From: Eledone cirrhosa | Lineage: Eukaryota | DNA length: 64,000 nucleotides | Assembly (NCBI GenBank): GCA_964016885.1 | Contig: OZ024743.1 | Span: 162,254,001 to 162,318,000, forward strand | Direction: 5' to 3' | Shown here: piece by piece, positions 1-15,039 of the stretch | Layout: the number at the start of each line of letters is the position of its first letter | Numbering within the stretch: the first letter of the stretch is position 1 | Made by a program: the position numbers and the translations under genes | The notes under the pieces: model-generated | What the model saw: the letters and a program-made list of their open reading frames with translations, nothing else | What the model was told of the DNA's origin: nothing | Database searches by the model: none

Positions 1-1150
1 ACATTACCTTCATCGATCTCAAGGCTGCTTTCGACACAGTCGTCCATACATCTCTCTGGAAAATTCTCCATCTTGTCGGCGCGTCTTCCAAGATCACCAC
101 CCTGTTCCAACGGCTCTATAGCAGAGCCGAGAGCTGCGTGCAGGTGAACGAGAAGGACTTCGACTGGTTCCCCATTAACAGCGGGGTCAGACATGGCTGC
201 GTGGCTGCCCTGACCTCTTCAACTGTGTCATCGACAATCTGATGACCAAGGTCTGTGAGCGAGTTTCCGGCGTTACCTTCAGGAATTACCACCTAACCGA
301 CCTGTAGTACGCAGATGACGCCCTATTCAGCAACTCGATCAATCAGCTCAGAGACGCACCAGCCATATAACAGGAGGAATAAACAAAGCTTGGATTTCAG
401 GTAAGCTGGGCGCGGAGGAAGCTGATACATGTCGGCAATGGCCTGGATCCTCCTCCGCTTTATATTGGCCCCGATGCCCTGGAGTTTGTTAGCTCCTTCA
501 TTTATCTGGGCCCGACTGTCACCAGCAATGGAGACCTGACCCCAGAGATCAACCACAGATGTGGTCTGGCTGCCGGGGTCATGCACTCCCTATGGAAGCC
601 CCTTTGGCACCACTGCTCAATCTTACAGAAGACGAAGCTCCGTATTTACAATATATCGGTCCTTTCCGTGCTCCTCTAAGGAGAAGAAACGTGACCCCTC
701 ACAAAGACGCTGGCAAAGAGGATTGATACCTTCGATAGCAGAGTTCTGAGGACCATGGAAATCATCAGATAGGAGCACCACGTTTCCAACAAAGTATTGC
801 GTGCACACATGCATCAGCCCACATCTTCTCGCCTCATCGCTATCCGTCGCATGCACTGGTACGGACATGTCCTCCGCTTTCCACCAGATCATCTTACCAT
901 AGCCTTACTCTTGTTCGATGCAGTGACTGCAGGCTGGAAGACGCCCCGTGGCAGGCCCTGCATCAGATGGCTGGATATCATCAGGGAGGATGCAGAGGCT
1001 CGACATCACCTTGGAGGATGCAGAGGAGCTGGCACGGGACCGCCGCGATGGAGGGTGCTGGTAGACCTGGTTGGCTCTACGCACGACGAGGCTTTGGGAT
1101 CGCTGGCTTAGAATGACCCCGGTCTCATCGAGCAACAGCAAGAAGAAGAA
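1..1150 (+). mobile_element. RTE-clade LINE, 3' part (degenerate RT and C-terminus)
   Basis: Translates to FIDLKAAFDTV, GVRHGC, DL*YADD, FIYLG, WYGHVLR, RGRPCIRWLD with stops and frameshifts; ends in a (CAA/GAA)-type short tail near 1130-1150. Confidence 0.88.
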
Positions 1151-4084
1151 AAAGTGGAAAACACGTGTTTAGATTAGTCAGTGTGTGATTGCATGGCTGT
1201 TGAGAAATCAACTGTGACAGACTGGCACAAAGTTCGGTATATGGGTAGATTAAATTTGTCTTGACTCTGTCAGTATTTCTCTTACCCTATGCCAAAACAA
1301 AATATAGTTTAGTATAATTACTTTGTGATTTGCCCCTTAAGTTACGGTTAGACTCTCTTCTTTCAAAAATCCTCAAAATAAAAAAAAAAATAGGGCTAAA
1401 TTGATTCTGAGATTTTTTTTCTCTCCGTACTTGCAACCAAAAACAAAATATTAGTTATCAACTCATAATGTATTTTTTACAACATATGTGGGCATAATTT
1501 GTTTGTTCAATATTCTAATGATTGAATATATTTTTTCTAACTAATTATACAGCAGATGACGTCAAACAAATTTCATGTACCAGTAATGCACTGTGATAAT
1601 TGCTGGCCTTGTGCCAAAAGTAGAAATAATTATTTCCTTTACTTTATTAGTACACTGGCAAACTACGGAGATGCTACACTTCTCTGAAAAGCTCTATAAC
1701 TGAAAAATATGACCACCAAAGTTGTCTTCTGTACTTATTTATAATAACATAGATATAAGCCATCTTTTGATATTAGTTTTCTCGTATTACTTAAATGAAT
1801 ACACTTTAACTGTTTAATATTCTTGAATATAATTTCGTCTACTGGCGTTTCTACCAATAGGTTAGACATAAGAATGTCTTACAACAGCAAAAGATCTCAG
1901 ATTTATAAAGGAAGAGAAACAAGGCTACGTGAAATTCATGCACTTTTCTAGGGCGTAGGTGAAGTAAGGGAAATGAAATATAACTGAGAATAGAAGTTGG
2001 GTCTAACGCCGTTTACGGGTGTTATATTGATTTTTAGCATAGGTATACAGACACAAATGTGAGTAAAAGATATAGGCAATGAAATCGATCCCCAGTAATC
2101 AAATATTTGTTTTATCAACTCCAGAAGGATGAAAGGCAAAATCGACCTAGTTAGGATTTGAACGCATAACGTAAAGAGGTGTAAGCAAATACTGCAATTC
2201 TCCCAAGTTGTAATATTGATTTCTAACATTGGCACAAGGCAACATATTTTGAGAACGGTACAATCTATTAGAGGTCGGTGAATTGTCAGAGTCGTTATAA
2301 CGTCAAATAGAATGCTTTGCCGTGTTGGTTGCAGGTCAACTTTCGAGGTCGATATAAAAAGTATCAGTCCAATATTGGTGTCTATTTCTTTCTCAGTTCA
2401 GACCTGAAGAGGAGATGGGTTCTACTGGGTTTAAAGTGCCTTATATATATCTGCTTATCTTCTCCATCCTAATCCCAGTAGAGTCCAATCCATTATGAGT
2501 TATGGGTCCATGCATTCATACATAGTCGATTGAGAGTAACTCAATTCCTGACGGGTACTTATTTTATCCATCCCTGAAAGAAGAAAACCAAATTGCTAAT
2601 AATATTTGAGTGCTCTAAAGATATTCCGGTGTAAAAGATTTAACTAGGTAGTGAAATGTTTAAAATGATAAACATAACAACAAATTAGTTGTAAAGAAAA
2701 TATTCTAAAGATAAGATGTTTAAATATTAATGATTTCAACGAGTCTGTTTGGGGTAGCTATTTCCCAGTTTATCACATAAATTATGCATGAAAATAAAAA
2801 CAAAAACGTTTATCTTCGTCTTTAATCATTTCATGTCATTACGAACCAAACAACCCACTAATTTTTTAAATGTGAGTCTCCTAACATTCGATTTCACTTC
2901 CAAAACATATAGCATTGTTTCAGTAAAATTAAGAAAGAAAACATTCTTCAGAATCTGTTCCAGAAATAATAGAAGTGACCTTTTATTAAACATTTTAAGG
3001 AGCGCCTGATTGAAGACAAAATCAAATAAAGTTAAAATTATTATTAAAACTTTCTATTTGCAATGCAAATAAAAATTCGATGGAAAGTGATCTAATTAAT
3101 ACTAATGTATTAATGTAAGTGATTGAGAGAGTCCACAGAGACCAGCGGAAGTGAAACTAAGTAGTCGTTTGCCTTTCTCTCAAAGCCTTCCTAGCGATTA
3201 ATGCGGTAACAATATAATATTTATATACTTATATAAATGTATGCACACACTTGATTAATTTTTCACTAAGGTTCATGCAGGTAAATGAAACTTAGCAAAT
3301 GCTCACAAAGGGATTCAAACGAAGGCTCGTGAAGGCTTACAACACCAAACAAAGCCTCGCATTTGTAGTAGAATAGAAATGATTTTCAGTCTGGAAAGTG
3401 AACTAATCGTGTAATAATGCCTACGATAAACAAGAGGTCCGACAGGAGCTAACAAGGGAGCTTCTACGTGGTCGAACAACCTGTTAGATACAACAGTCAC
3501 GGCGCACACAGATCACACACTGCCGTCTTAAATAGAATAATGTTGGTACACAAACTCGTAAAAAGATGGAATGATCGAGGTTGGAACCGGGCCCATCTCC
3601 CGTGGAATATCATTGGATGGCACTACCTCACATCGCCAATTTTTTAATGGTGCATGCTCGAACTTAAATGTATTTATGGTTGTATGCTTATTTCGAAACA
3701 GTGCCTTAGAATTATTGCGAATAAGAGTGCACACCCAGACGACGGTTCTGTTGCGATTAAGAGGCGACGTTTTAAAAATACATGTTAAAGTCACAGAAAC
3801 ACTGTTTAGTTTCGAAATGCAAAAAGAAGACTATCACAAGCACATCAATGATCGATATGAATTAAGATCGATAGACAAATGGCAACAGAAACTCAAGAAG
3901 AAACAAGAAAAAAGCTCGGGGATAAACGAATAAGTATAACTGAAGGATAGAAAATGAAACAAAAAAATAGAAAAACGTTGAAGCAGAAAGATTACTGAGA
4001 GAAGGCAAACATAAATCCCATCAGCTTTTACTGTTTCCACGCTATCAAATATATATATATATATATATAGTTTTAATATAGAAG

Positions 4085-4135
4085 AGCTTCTACAGGACTA
4101 GAACTGTTTCATTCATGAGAAATCATCAGGAAGTT
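4085..4135 (-). ncRNA. Type I hammerhead ribozyme motif (PLE terminus)
   Basis: Minus strand: CTTC-CTGATGA-tttctcatgaat-GAAA-CAG ttctagtc CTG-TA-GAAG; stems I and III pair; GUA cleavage triplet. Confidence 0.75.
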
Positions 4136-4278
4136 GACTGCCCAAATAAATATGGTCGTATTTATATCTCTTCTGGTGGTAGGAGAGGGTTGGGTGTGGG
4201 ATGGGTGGAGGTCATTGATTGAAAGAAAAGGGAATTCTTTAAAAGCTAATTCTTTAAAGCTATAATTTATATTTAGAG

Positions 4279-4333
<55 letters not shown>

Positions 4334-4459
4334 GGAAAACGAAGAATCAGTTATGCATCGGAACACAACTTATTACGTATTACAATTGTTTCTCCGGCGA
4401 ATATATATAATATATATATATAATATATATATATAATATATATATATATATATTTATAT

Positions 4460-4742
4460 ATAGAAAGATTTGAATGGATACAGTTTAGTTGAAAGGAATT
4501 TATTGACACGTGTTTCTATAACAGTTACATAACCTAAAACAGCTGCTATCTACAAACTTTTAGTTATGCAGACATTCAATATTTCAATGATGAAATGACA
4601 GTAAATAATAACATTGAAATATTGAATGTCTGCATAACTAAAAGTTTGTAGATAGCAGCTGTTTTAGGTTATGTAACTGTTATAGAAACACGTGTCAATA
4701 AATTCCTTTCAACTAAACTGTATCCATTCAAATCTTTCTATT
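4460..4742. repeat. Near-perfect inverted repeat (~130-bp arms, ~23-bp spacer) next to (TA)n
   Basis: tagaaagatttgaatggatac...caatatttcaatg is followed by its reverse complement cattgaaatattg...gtatccattcaaatctttcta. Confidence 0.95.
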
Positions 4743-4874
4743 TTTCTCCGGATTACTTTTGGAACTACAACTGGAACCGTCGAGCAAACTCTACGTGAGC
4801 TGATAATCTACTGTGTGTAATATTTATATTACAACACAACGGAAAATACTGTATATATATTTATATATATATAT

Positions 4875-6098
4875 ATGATAGTAGAAGTAAAGGTAAATAA
4901 AAACCCAAGTTGTAGAGCTACTCAAGTCCGTAGGGCGAGTTTGAATATAAATATTCAGGTCACTTGCAACTCAGAGAACCTGATCTACGTAATCACATGC
5001 GGTGGGTGTCGACATAACTATATAAGACAGACGGGGGTGTCATTACACAAAAGGATGACCATCCATCGCCAACAAATCCGAGACGTAATCACAGGAAAAA
5101 TCCCCTTAAGTAGCCACATTGCAGATTGTGCAAGAATGATTCTACCCAACTTTAAAATCTTCCCCCTTTACAAGTGCTCCGATTCTTTCACTCAACAACA
5201 AAGAATAAATAAAGAAAAACTATTTATTAACAAATTTAAACCAAAATTAAATATGTAATCACCCCCATTAGACCCCCTCCCCTACACTCACCCCACGAAA
5301 TAAGAGAGAGAAAATTGCTCATTCACATATTTTCAAAAATTCCTGATTGAAAGCCACCACTGTTTTTTAATTTCCCACCACAAAGAGACCTGTGACAGAA
5401 GGCTGAAACACACACACACCCACACCACCACCACCACCACCACCCACCCACACACACACACACACACACGTGTCTGTATTTTTATATATAAACCCTCGCA
5501 CTATACACACACTCCCTGAAACCATATTCCAATAATAGAATTTCTTTTACAACCCTACTGTTGCCATAGAATTTGTCTCTAGCTTACAATTCCCCCATCC
5601 CCTTCGCCACCCCCATTTGAACTCTTGACCAGTAAATTAACACAATCAGATATACACACACATATTTACAGAATATTTCCTTTGCCCCCCCCCCCCCCAA
5701 AAAAAACATTTTTGTTCTGTGAAGAAACACAACTACCAACACTACTGCTACTATCATGACTACACACCCGTCTCTCTATACACAAGAACTCATTCTCCAG
5801 TCTCCTTCTCAGCAAGAAAGATGGAGAAAAAAAACTTACCCCAACACTTAATTTTAAATCTTTAATTTTTCTGTTTTTAATTCGTATTAATTCTTTTTAA
5901 TTGTAATACTCAACATTGAAAATTTTAATAATACATCGAAACCGGTAATACTTTATATACTTTATATACATTATAAAACTCTATTTTAAAAGAATTCTCC
6001 CTCTCAGTTTTTCAATAATGTCACTTTGACAAATCAAAGAAAGGAAAACAAAGAAAAACAGACACTAAAATATATTTTCCGTGCTATTTCCAACTTCC

Positions 6099-6100
<2 letters not shown>
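4875..6100 (+). mobile_element. Penelope-like element 3' fragment, Neptune-like GIY-YIG endonuclease (ORF 4875-5258) plus 3' UTR
   Basis: TCNSENLIYVITCGGCRHNYIRQT..LHKRMTIHR..SSHI..EKLFINKFKPKLN; degenerate hammerhead core (TTGAAAA...GAAACCGGTA) at ~5911-5950; bounded by microsatellites. Confidence 0.85.
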
Positions 6101-6150
<50 letters not shown>

Positions 6151-6169
6151 GTATATATATATATATATA

Positions 6170-6653
<484 letters not shown>

Positions 6654-8533
6654 AATGGCAACAAAGAATCAGTGTTGCATCAAATACATATTTAATTACA
6701 TATTACATATGATCACTGCCGATCAGCTCAAGGAACGATCGAATAATGTTCGACCCTGACTCTGGAATCGGGAGCTCCTCAGATATGTGTTCTCCCATGT
6801 AGTCGCACGCCCACCCAAACATATATATATATATATGGGGGGGGGGGGGTATGCAATTAATATTTGAACAATGTTATGTGCAGTCATACATAAAATACCC
6901 GCATTAATATATGCATATATGCGCGCGTGCACGTGTCTGTGTGAAATGGAACGAAGAACGAAGAAAAATAGGAAAGGATTGCCATATATTGTATTATTTC
7001 CAGCCAAGTAGGTAATTCTATGATATTCAAAGACTTCACTATGTAATCTAGAGATGTTTGATCCTGAATTTGTATTTCTTTATGCTAACAGAAAAAGAAT
7101 GGCTTATCTCTCTCGATAACGATTGCCGAGAAAGTAAATCTGTTTCCTAATTTAAAGTGATATTTGTTTGCAGCAGCGATCGTATAGAACGGTGAAAATA
7201 TTTGTTTTGTGTAGACACGTCCTGACCATTTCAGTTAAATTGGACACTTCCCACATACCCGCAGGAGTTTTTATGCAAAGTGTATTTGCATGTGTACGGA
7301 TGTGCAGATCTTAGGTTGTTATTGTTTAACCCTAGCTTAGTTCTGATTCAGCAGATCTGTTATCAAAGGTGTTCCCACTATAACCATCTCTTATTTTCTT
7401 CAGGCATCGAATATCGAAAACTGTATTATCCAGTGCGTCATTCTAGAGATATTTTACTACTATTTCTTGCAATAATGTCGACCACGCAGAGATTCATTGT
7501 TTATACGTCATTATAATGTATATACCACAGTGTATACGGTAAAGTATGAGTAAATGAGATAGATGACTCCTGCCTCATATGACAGATCCCCTGCCAAATT
7601 TATAGTATTGATTTAATAAATGAAATTCCTGAGTCATTGTTATTCAATATTCATATGAATCAATACCAAGCTTGTCCTTCTGGATTATCTATCACTTTTA
7701 GTTAGAGCCTTGTATTTATAAGAAAACATTCTAGAACCGTCTTTATACTTTGGAAGAAACATAAAATTCTTAAGTTTTAAAGTCCATCAAGTTGTAAACA
7801 GATACCATGTGTTCTGTCAGCAAAGTGCTCTTACTTTAGATTAACTCATCAGTATTATTTGAAGGTAAATTGACTCAGCTACGCCGATTCGTTTCGGATG
7901 TACTATTGGAAGAAAAGGTTCTTATCCTATTCTGTAGAAAACTCTACTTCTACCTGTTAAAGATAATTCATTTGAGGTGAAAATAGATTACAAAAAAAAA
8001 CTAGTAATAATTTCATCATTAAACATATAGTAGAAAGTATGTGAGTGTGTGAGTGGGTGTTTGATTGATCGATGATGTCTGGGTGTCCACTCCAGTATAT
8101 GAGAAACAACTGAAGCAAGAAAATTTGTTTTATCAATGATTACTAAGCAAACATTTCTTTTCTCGGTCATAGACACAGTACAACGAATTATACTATCCTG
8201 TGAAACTCGCTTACAGTTAAGTAGACTAGGACGTTTATTTCATCCATTGAGATTCACATTGTTACTTTTATCCCCATGCTAAAACTCATTTGTAGTTGTA
8301 TATTTTATGCATCAATATTGTAATCAGAGGTGAGAAATAACTAGCTCTGTTAACTCGGCGGTATATATGGACTTCATATTCGAATGAATTATCGACTGCT
8401 ATAGTTCACGGAAAACTCTCTAAGCTATTATCTCTGGAGGTTAATTGAGTACAAAACTACTGATTATCTAAATGTATTTATATATCTATGTCACTAATTT
8501 CGCCAGTTAATGTCACGTCTGTCTGTCTTTCTG

Positions 8534-8619
<86 letters not shown>

Positions 8620-8621
<2 letters not shown>

Positions 8622-9540
8622 GTTAATAAATGAAACAAAACAAACACAGGTATGCAAAAATACACAGTTATAGTAGGTTCACGCTTGGAGGAAGTGGAGG
8701 AGCGTTCAACGTTTCGGACAGAAGTCCTTCATCAGGAAAGTTCGAATAATGAGAGAACAGGTAGATGTATGAGTAGTATGTGAGGGTTAGGAAAGGTAGT
8801 TAGGAAAAGGCCGTTGGGAGGAGAAAGGTCCGGCGGCCTGGCGGGCCAAAGTGGAGGGTACAAGAGTGTCATGTGTGTGTTTGTGTGTATGTGCTGAAGG
8901 GAAGAAATTGGTAAATGTGCATGGCTTCAGTCCATGTGTGTGTGGACATGTGGGTGTCTCACAGTCTTATGTAGTTGGTGTGTGCACACTGGTATGTGTG
9001 TGTATATCAGTGAGTGTGTAGATTTTATGTATGTGTGTGGAGGAGGGGTGCTTATTTATGTTGTTTTATGTGAGTGCGTGCGATTGTGTGTGTATCATCA
9101 CGTGTGTGTCAAATGAGTGTGTCTACACATGTGTGTGGGTAGGTGTTTTTTTTTAGAGTTTCTATGTTTATGAGTATATGCGTTTGAGTGTGCATGTGTA
9201 TTTTCACGTGGTGGAAGGGAGCCGAGGGTGTGTCTGTATGGTGATAAGGAGGGAAGGTAGATGGCCGGTGAGTGGGGGAGGTGTTAGGATGTAGCTGTTT
9301 GAAACATGTATGTTCTCCATTTTCGTATCGTTCTAACACTTCTCTCTTCTTTCTATTTGGCGTAAATAGTTTCATTGTTCACATATTTTTAACGTTTTAG
9401 TGTATATGTTTTGTTTACTTTCACATTCAATGGTTTCTCTTTTCTTCTGCCAGTCTCTCCTAGTCTAATGTAGTGCTTTTGTTGCTCTTTTTCAAATGCT
9501 GTAGGTTGGCGTCTGTTTATAAAGATTCGTCGAAGGAGGT
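8620..9540 (-). mobile_element. Highly degenerate PLE 3' fragment with terminal hammerhead
   Basis: Faint GIY-YIG-like remnants (GETGRR, REVLE) upstream of a CA-rich UTR and a hammerhead at 8705-8738; ends at a (TG)/(TA) tract. Confidence 0.5.
8705..8738 (-). ncRNA. Minimal type I hammerhead motif
   Basis: Minus strand: TTC-CTGATGA-a-GGAC ttct GTCC-GAAAC-GTT-GAA. Confidence 0.7.
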
Positions 9541-11080
9541 ACAAGTTCTGGAAAGAAATGATTCAGAAAAGTCGTAAATAAGGAGGAAAAGAAGAGAAGA
9601 GGTGGGTAAATCTGTTTACATGGGGCGTAGTTGGTACGCAGCTCCCTATTTCAGAAATCATTGTTGCAGAAGTAGAAGAAACAGCATGTTGAAGAACACA
9701 GCTACCTTTAAATCCCAACGTTGGGTTCGATAAATTATCCAATTCAAGTACTGAGGTCAAAATGGTTCTCGCTCTCAAAATGTTGTCTTTGTGCCAATGA
9801 CAGAAGTAATAATTATCAGACTAGGACTTTGTATTCGATTGTGTATCCAAGTTTTCATTAAATCCAGTTAGATTTCATAGGAGGTGTAAAATAATGTATT
9901 GTGATAGTTGTAGTTTAGAGTATTAGGATGTTGTAAATGAGAGTGAAAAGTGACAACCTTGTCAGTAAAAAACAATATCTTTTTAACTGAAGTATCAATT
10001 TAAAATAAAATAAAATAATATTCTCGTCACCCCTATTTTTGAGCCATGATAAATACCCTAGGGAACCCTAGTCCCTTTGCTCACGCATCTTTAGGTAGAC
10101 AAAGAACATATCCACCACTATATACACACACATATAGCTCTAATTGGACTACCAGGACAGATAGTTACAAACCAAGCACAGAATCATTATAACTACAGTT
10201 TTAGCGCATGTAACAAGTACAAATGCTGCCCATCCTGTATCTCAGCAATGGCAAACCAAGGTAGATAGAGGATACACACACATTTGGCTCGTATAGAAGT
10301 ATCCGAATAGATAGCTGCACAACAAACCACAAACACATCATATAGTGCTAGCGTTTTTAAAGAAAGCAATTAAGCTGCACATTTCGTAACCATATGCATT
10401 TAAAATCTAAAACTTTGTATTAATATTGCATTGTGAGGGCATTAACAAATTGAATACACTCACTTTTAGCATTTATGGAGGTATCAGAACAGTTTGTTAC
10501 ATACCAAAATACATATACAATCATTTAAAATCTTAGCAAACTACAGATAGCCAGAAACATAAAAACACACGCTATTGTTATTATTAAAAGTAGAATTATA
10601 GCGTTTTAAATAGTAAATAAGCTGTTCATCCCAGGCCTAAATGCAAATCGAAACTAGAATCTTCTATGAATATAGGATTGAATGATAACTTTTCAACTTT
10701 TAGCCATTTAGTTAATTGTAAATAAAAATAAACTATACAGCTTTCTTGGACTTTAGATTTATGGCTCAACTAAACTTTTCTTGTAAGGTTTTTATATATT
10801 GACTCAAATGTAGATAAGAATAAAAACACTTATATTGACAAACTATATAAAATAATGGTAATGTAGGATAAATTCTTAAAGGCATGTGGGCAGTACTAGA
10901 AAGCTGAACATTTTCAGGTCAACAAGTTCAGATGTCCGCTTGCCTAGCAGAATCAATTGATTCCAACACCAGGCATACAATTCGGCCGTCTGAGGGCAAT
11001 AAATAAAAAAGACAAGCCCCTTCGTTGAGACATACATAAACATACCTACACACCCATAGATAATTCATTATATTTATGAG

Positions 11081-11252
11081 GATATTGGCAGTATCGGTAG
11101 AGGGTCGGACGCCATGCTTTGCAGCAAAGAGTTACGGCCCTTTATGATCCCGCCGTGGCTAACTTTGCCTTTCATCCTTACGGGGTCGATAAAATAAGTA
11201 CCAGTAATACACTGGGATAATTGCGGTATTGTGCCAAAAGTAGAAACAATTA
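11081..11252 (+). mobile_element. tRNA-derived SINE family A (B box deleted)
   Basis: A box TGGCAGTATCGG, central ACTTTGCCTTTCATCCTTACGGGGTCGATAAAATAAGTACCAG, tail GTGCCAAAAGTAGAAACAATT. Confidence 0.8.
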
Positions 11253-12934
11253 TATTTATAAGGATAAAACAGAAAAAATACAGCTGACCACAAGAAGACG
11301 TACATATGAATACATGTACACACACTACCTTAAAAAAAAAAAAAAAAATAGAAACTTTCTTAAAGACTTGTATGTATTAACTGATTGCCCGTATTTGGAC
11401 TTTGCACCCACCCTCACCCCCATCCGATGACATCAGCTATTTTCGCTGCCAGGACACCGACGATTCAGTTCGGATCTGGAGCTCAGCCGTCGGGTCCCAA
11501 ATCCTTCATATTACCCACTCTACTACCCCAAGTATCGAGTACTCTGGTGACTAATGGTCTAACTGGTTTTGCTTCGTTCTTTTGGTCTATGAAACAGCGC
11601 TGTAAGGAAAGAAATGAAATGTTTACCATCTTAAAGTATGTATATTTTCCTGAATACTACTTGCTCTATATATACGTGTACAAAATACTGTGTTTCTCAA
11701 ACGATATATGATTTTCTCTATGCATATATCTTTTAAATTTGAATAACTGACGCTCTGAACCAAGGTCTATTGAGCTTATTTATTGAGAAACATGATCCTC
11801 ATACATATTAAACATGTCCGGAAGAAATAATAAACAGGATGATTACAGCTGGAACGAATTTCATTGGAAGTATGTTCGATCAAAACAGTTAAATAAAACA
11901 TCTAATTAAGTAACGAATACGTCATTGCTGCTGATGCCATGTACAATATTTGCACTGAATCACACTTTGATGCCACAACAGTTAATTTTCTTCTCTCTTA
12001 CGAAGTATGACGACGGGCGAACACTACTGATACCATTTCATTCTACAACATGCCACATAACTAGCAACTGTATTTATAGACAGAGTAAAACTTCGTTGCA
12101 TATCATTATTCAAATCATCTTCATCTGCATTGAACACATTGTGTTGTTGAGGTTACGGCTGCTGCTGTTGTCTTTGCTGTTGTTATTGAGCTGGGTATTA
12201 ATGCTGTTGCTGTGACTAAGTTCGTTGTGAAGGAGTCTGACTTATTGGTTAGAGTGTGTGCTCACTGATCGATTCCCGACCCGAGTGGTGCGTGGTTTCC
12301 TTGACCACAACGCTTTTCCATGTGGCCCCAGTTCATTCAACTGGAAAAAAGGAGCCTGCAATGTCACTGGTATCAAGCTTGGACAATATCAGTGATATGA
12401 AAAGAGGAAATTGACATGCATAGGTGACTTCTGGTCTTCCACAAAAACAACGTGCCCGGGTTTTTAACTCGAAGAAGAACTTTTTAGGTATAAACGTATG
12501 GGCAGCCATGATCGAAGGAAGCCTTACTTTCTCCTACCCTGTTGTTGCCGTCGTTACTGCTGTTGTTATTTTTACCATCATTTTTGTTGTTACTATGTTG
12601 TCCCAAACCAGCCCTGATCAAGCAGACTTCTGGCACGTAGAGAGTCAGCTGAAAGACTTAAGGTCGATACACATGTTCATACCTCCTGATATGTCATCAC
12701 GTCATCCACTTGAGGACGGCACACTACATTCTGCTATATATCTTAATTGTACGAAATGCAGTATGCCGCGCCTAACCTGTCAGCTCCTCTACACTTGGTG
12801 GTGGTGGTGTTGTTTAGTGCCATGTCAGTCCTTATCTAACAGATCTATGATCAGAGGCGTTCCAGCCATGATTATCCCACGTTTTGAGTGTACATCAGGG
12901 ACTAAACTGTCAAATGCATTCTTCTTTATTAAAG

Positions 12935-12973
12935 ACTAGTAGAAAAACCACCCTTCGGGTGGTTTCCTGCTAG
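12935..12973 (-). mobile_element. Probable Helitron 3' terminus (hairpin plus CTAG-T)
   Basis: AAACCACCC-TTCG-GGTGGTTT hairpin a few nt from CTAG|T on the minus strand. Confidence 0.45.
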
Positions 12974-13279
12974 CACGTGTAGTGTGCATGTTGATATTAT
13001 ATGCAAATATATATGGATGTAGATATGATACGTCAAATAATATCGTAATTGAGAACATGCACAAAAATTGAAGACAGACTGTGTTATTGTCTTCTGTAAT
13101 CAGTAAAGTAATCCATGATACATTTAAAAAAGACAATATTATACATAAACTGCATATATAATAAACTAAAATGTTATGAAAACGACGACAGTCGATCGAC
13201 TTTCATTAAATCGGACCGAGGAAACAATGTTTCCGTTGGTCTTTTCAATTGCTAATACTATCTATCTGTCGCAACTCCA

Positions 13280-13408
13280 GGTAGAAGGAGCAACGTGAAA
13301 TAAATTGTCTTGCTCAAGGACATAACGCATCACCCGGTCCGGGAATCGAACTCACAACCTCACGATTGCGAATCCAATTCTCTAACCACTCAGCCACGCG
13401 CCTTCACG
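13280..13408 (-). mobile_element. tRNA-derived SINE family B (CORE/V-like central domain)
   Basis: Minus strand: A box TGGCTGAGTGG, B box GAGTTCGATTCC, then TGTCCTTGAGCAAGACA. Confidence 0.8.
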
Positions 13409-13479
13409 AAACGAAAACGAAAAAGGAGAAAATTATCGACGGAAATATAAACCTTATATAACGATACAAATATATGAAC

Positions 13480-14322
13480 GTTTATATAAGCGATGTGTTG
13501 AGTGTTATGATATAACAGGTGCTAACCGGAAGTGTTGACATGTGAAAATTTTAAAGAAATGAATTTTGAAATAAGCAATACTTTAAATATAAGAGTATTT
13601 ATGTTTAATCAGATAGGATAGAGAAAAAGCGTTTAGGGATATTAGTGGCTAAATTAGTTAAGCCAGGTGATATTTCTAGGCCTATTGCTTCTAGGGGTTC
13701 TAGTGGAGTTGGCAGGGGCCTTCATAGGGTTATTATTACCTGGGCGTTTGTTATTTGTCATCCTATTGCTCATTCCTATTCTAGGGTTGATTCTGAGTTT
13801 GCTACTTGGAGTGGGAAGCAGGCCGCTGCCACCATTAAGGTTCCCTGTATAGGTGCTGTTACTGCTAAAATTCCGGCGTATCTGGCTATATGCTAAGGTT
13901 GTTCTAGTTCTAGTGTTAAGTTTATTATGGTTGTGGTGAAGTACTGTGTTATGGCATTTAGGTATGTAGTAAATGGACTGTTCATAACCAGATTCAGAAA
14001 GAGCCTTATAATATGCTGCATGGTTTATAAATATCTCCTCATTTGCTGATAGCATGGAGATCCTATATGAGATAGATTTGATGACTGCTCTGATGACTGC
14101 CGGTGGGTGGTTAGAGTGTAAGTATTTCACCTGGTTTATTATAAGGGTAATATAAGTTATTGTTAAGATCTAGGGTAACGTCCAGGAAGTTTACTACCTT
14201 ATGGTTCGGCTCGAGGGTGAAAGAGAGACCGTTATTTAAAAAAAATCTATGTAGTTGTTTTTTTTAGCAAGTCAATGCCTCGATTAGTGCAATTGTGGAC
14301 TGCAAATATGGCGTCGTTAATA
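13480..14322 (-). mobile_element. PLE (Naiad-like) RT C-terminal/thumb fragment
   Basis: NDAIFAV..NFLDVTLDL..HSNHPPAVIRAVIKSISYRISMLSANEEIF..ALSESGY..RNITWLN; homologous to 28995-29618. Confidence 0.85.
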
Positions 14323-14699
14323 TATATTATTATTATTCCTTACATTAAACTGTATTTACACTCCTTATTCCTTACATTAAACTGCAACTATGTTGACAAT
14401 CTTTAAATAATGTCTTCCTTGTGAAATTTGTGGTCTTGTTTTGCTTAACTAATGAATATTTCCAGCTCTGTGCACCTAACATCTGCATGAACCCAGCCAC
14501 CTAGCTGCTTTCTACTGCATATTGCACATTGAGGACATGCCTTTACGCTTTGGCTTCTAACATATTCATCAATCTCACTTCTCCTATCTCCATTTCTCTC
14601 TTTAAGATTGGTTTACTCTTGAACTGTGTATATATATATATATATATATATATTTAAATATATATGTGTTTGTGTGTGTGCATGTGCGTATGTGTGTGT

Positions 14700-14733
14700 G
14701 TTTGTGTATGTGTGGGGGTGTGTGTGTGTGTGT

Positions 14734-14822
<89 letters not shown>
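14700..14822. repeat. (TG)n microsatellite
   Basis: Direct observation. Confidence 0.97.
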
Positions 14823-14825
<3 letters not shown>

Positions 14826-15039
14826 TATTGTTGCTGGTGTCGTCATCGTTGTTGTTGTTATATGACAAATCATTTCTCTTCACAATTCTGCCGACGAGTA
14901 ACATCACATCACTACCCCAAAACAATGTTTTCTCTTCTTCCACCACTTCCACCATCAATGTCACATTCGCTGTAGCCGCTGGAACCACCAGCAACAGTCA
15001 GCTCCTGTACAGAAGCTGCACATATAGTTGGAGAAGAAA

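Noticed and set aside
3300-3933. Moderately complex sequence with a 120-aa ORF
   Set aside because: No recognisable domain or supportable splice structure; possibly an old repeat
7845-7900. Type II hammerhead arrangement on the minus strand (GAAAC..GTA..CTGATGA)
   Set aside because: Stems I and II do not pair convincingly
9563-9778. 71-aa ORF as a host exon (also 41513-41725 and 35045-35368)
   Set aside because: No domain similarity recognisable; host exons cannot be excluded without RNA-seq or homology search
13320-13408. tRNA gene
   Set aside because: The tRNA-like head continues into a SINE body that is repeated elsewhere in the window
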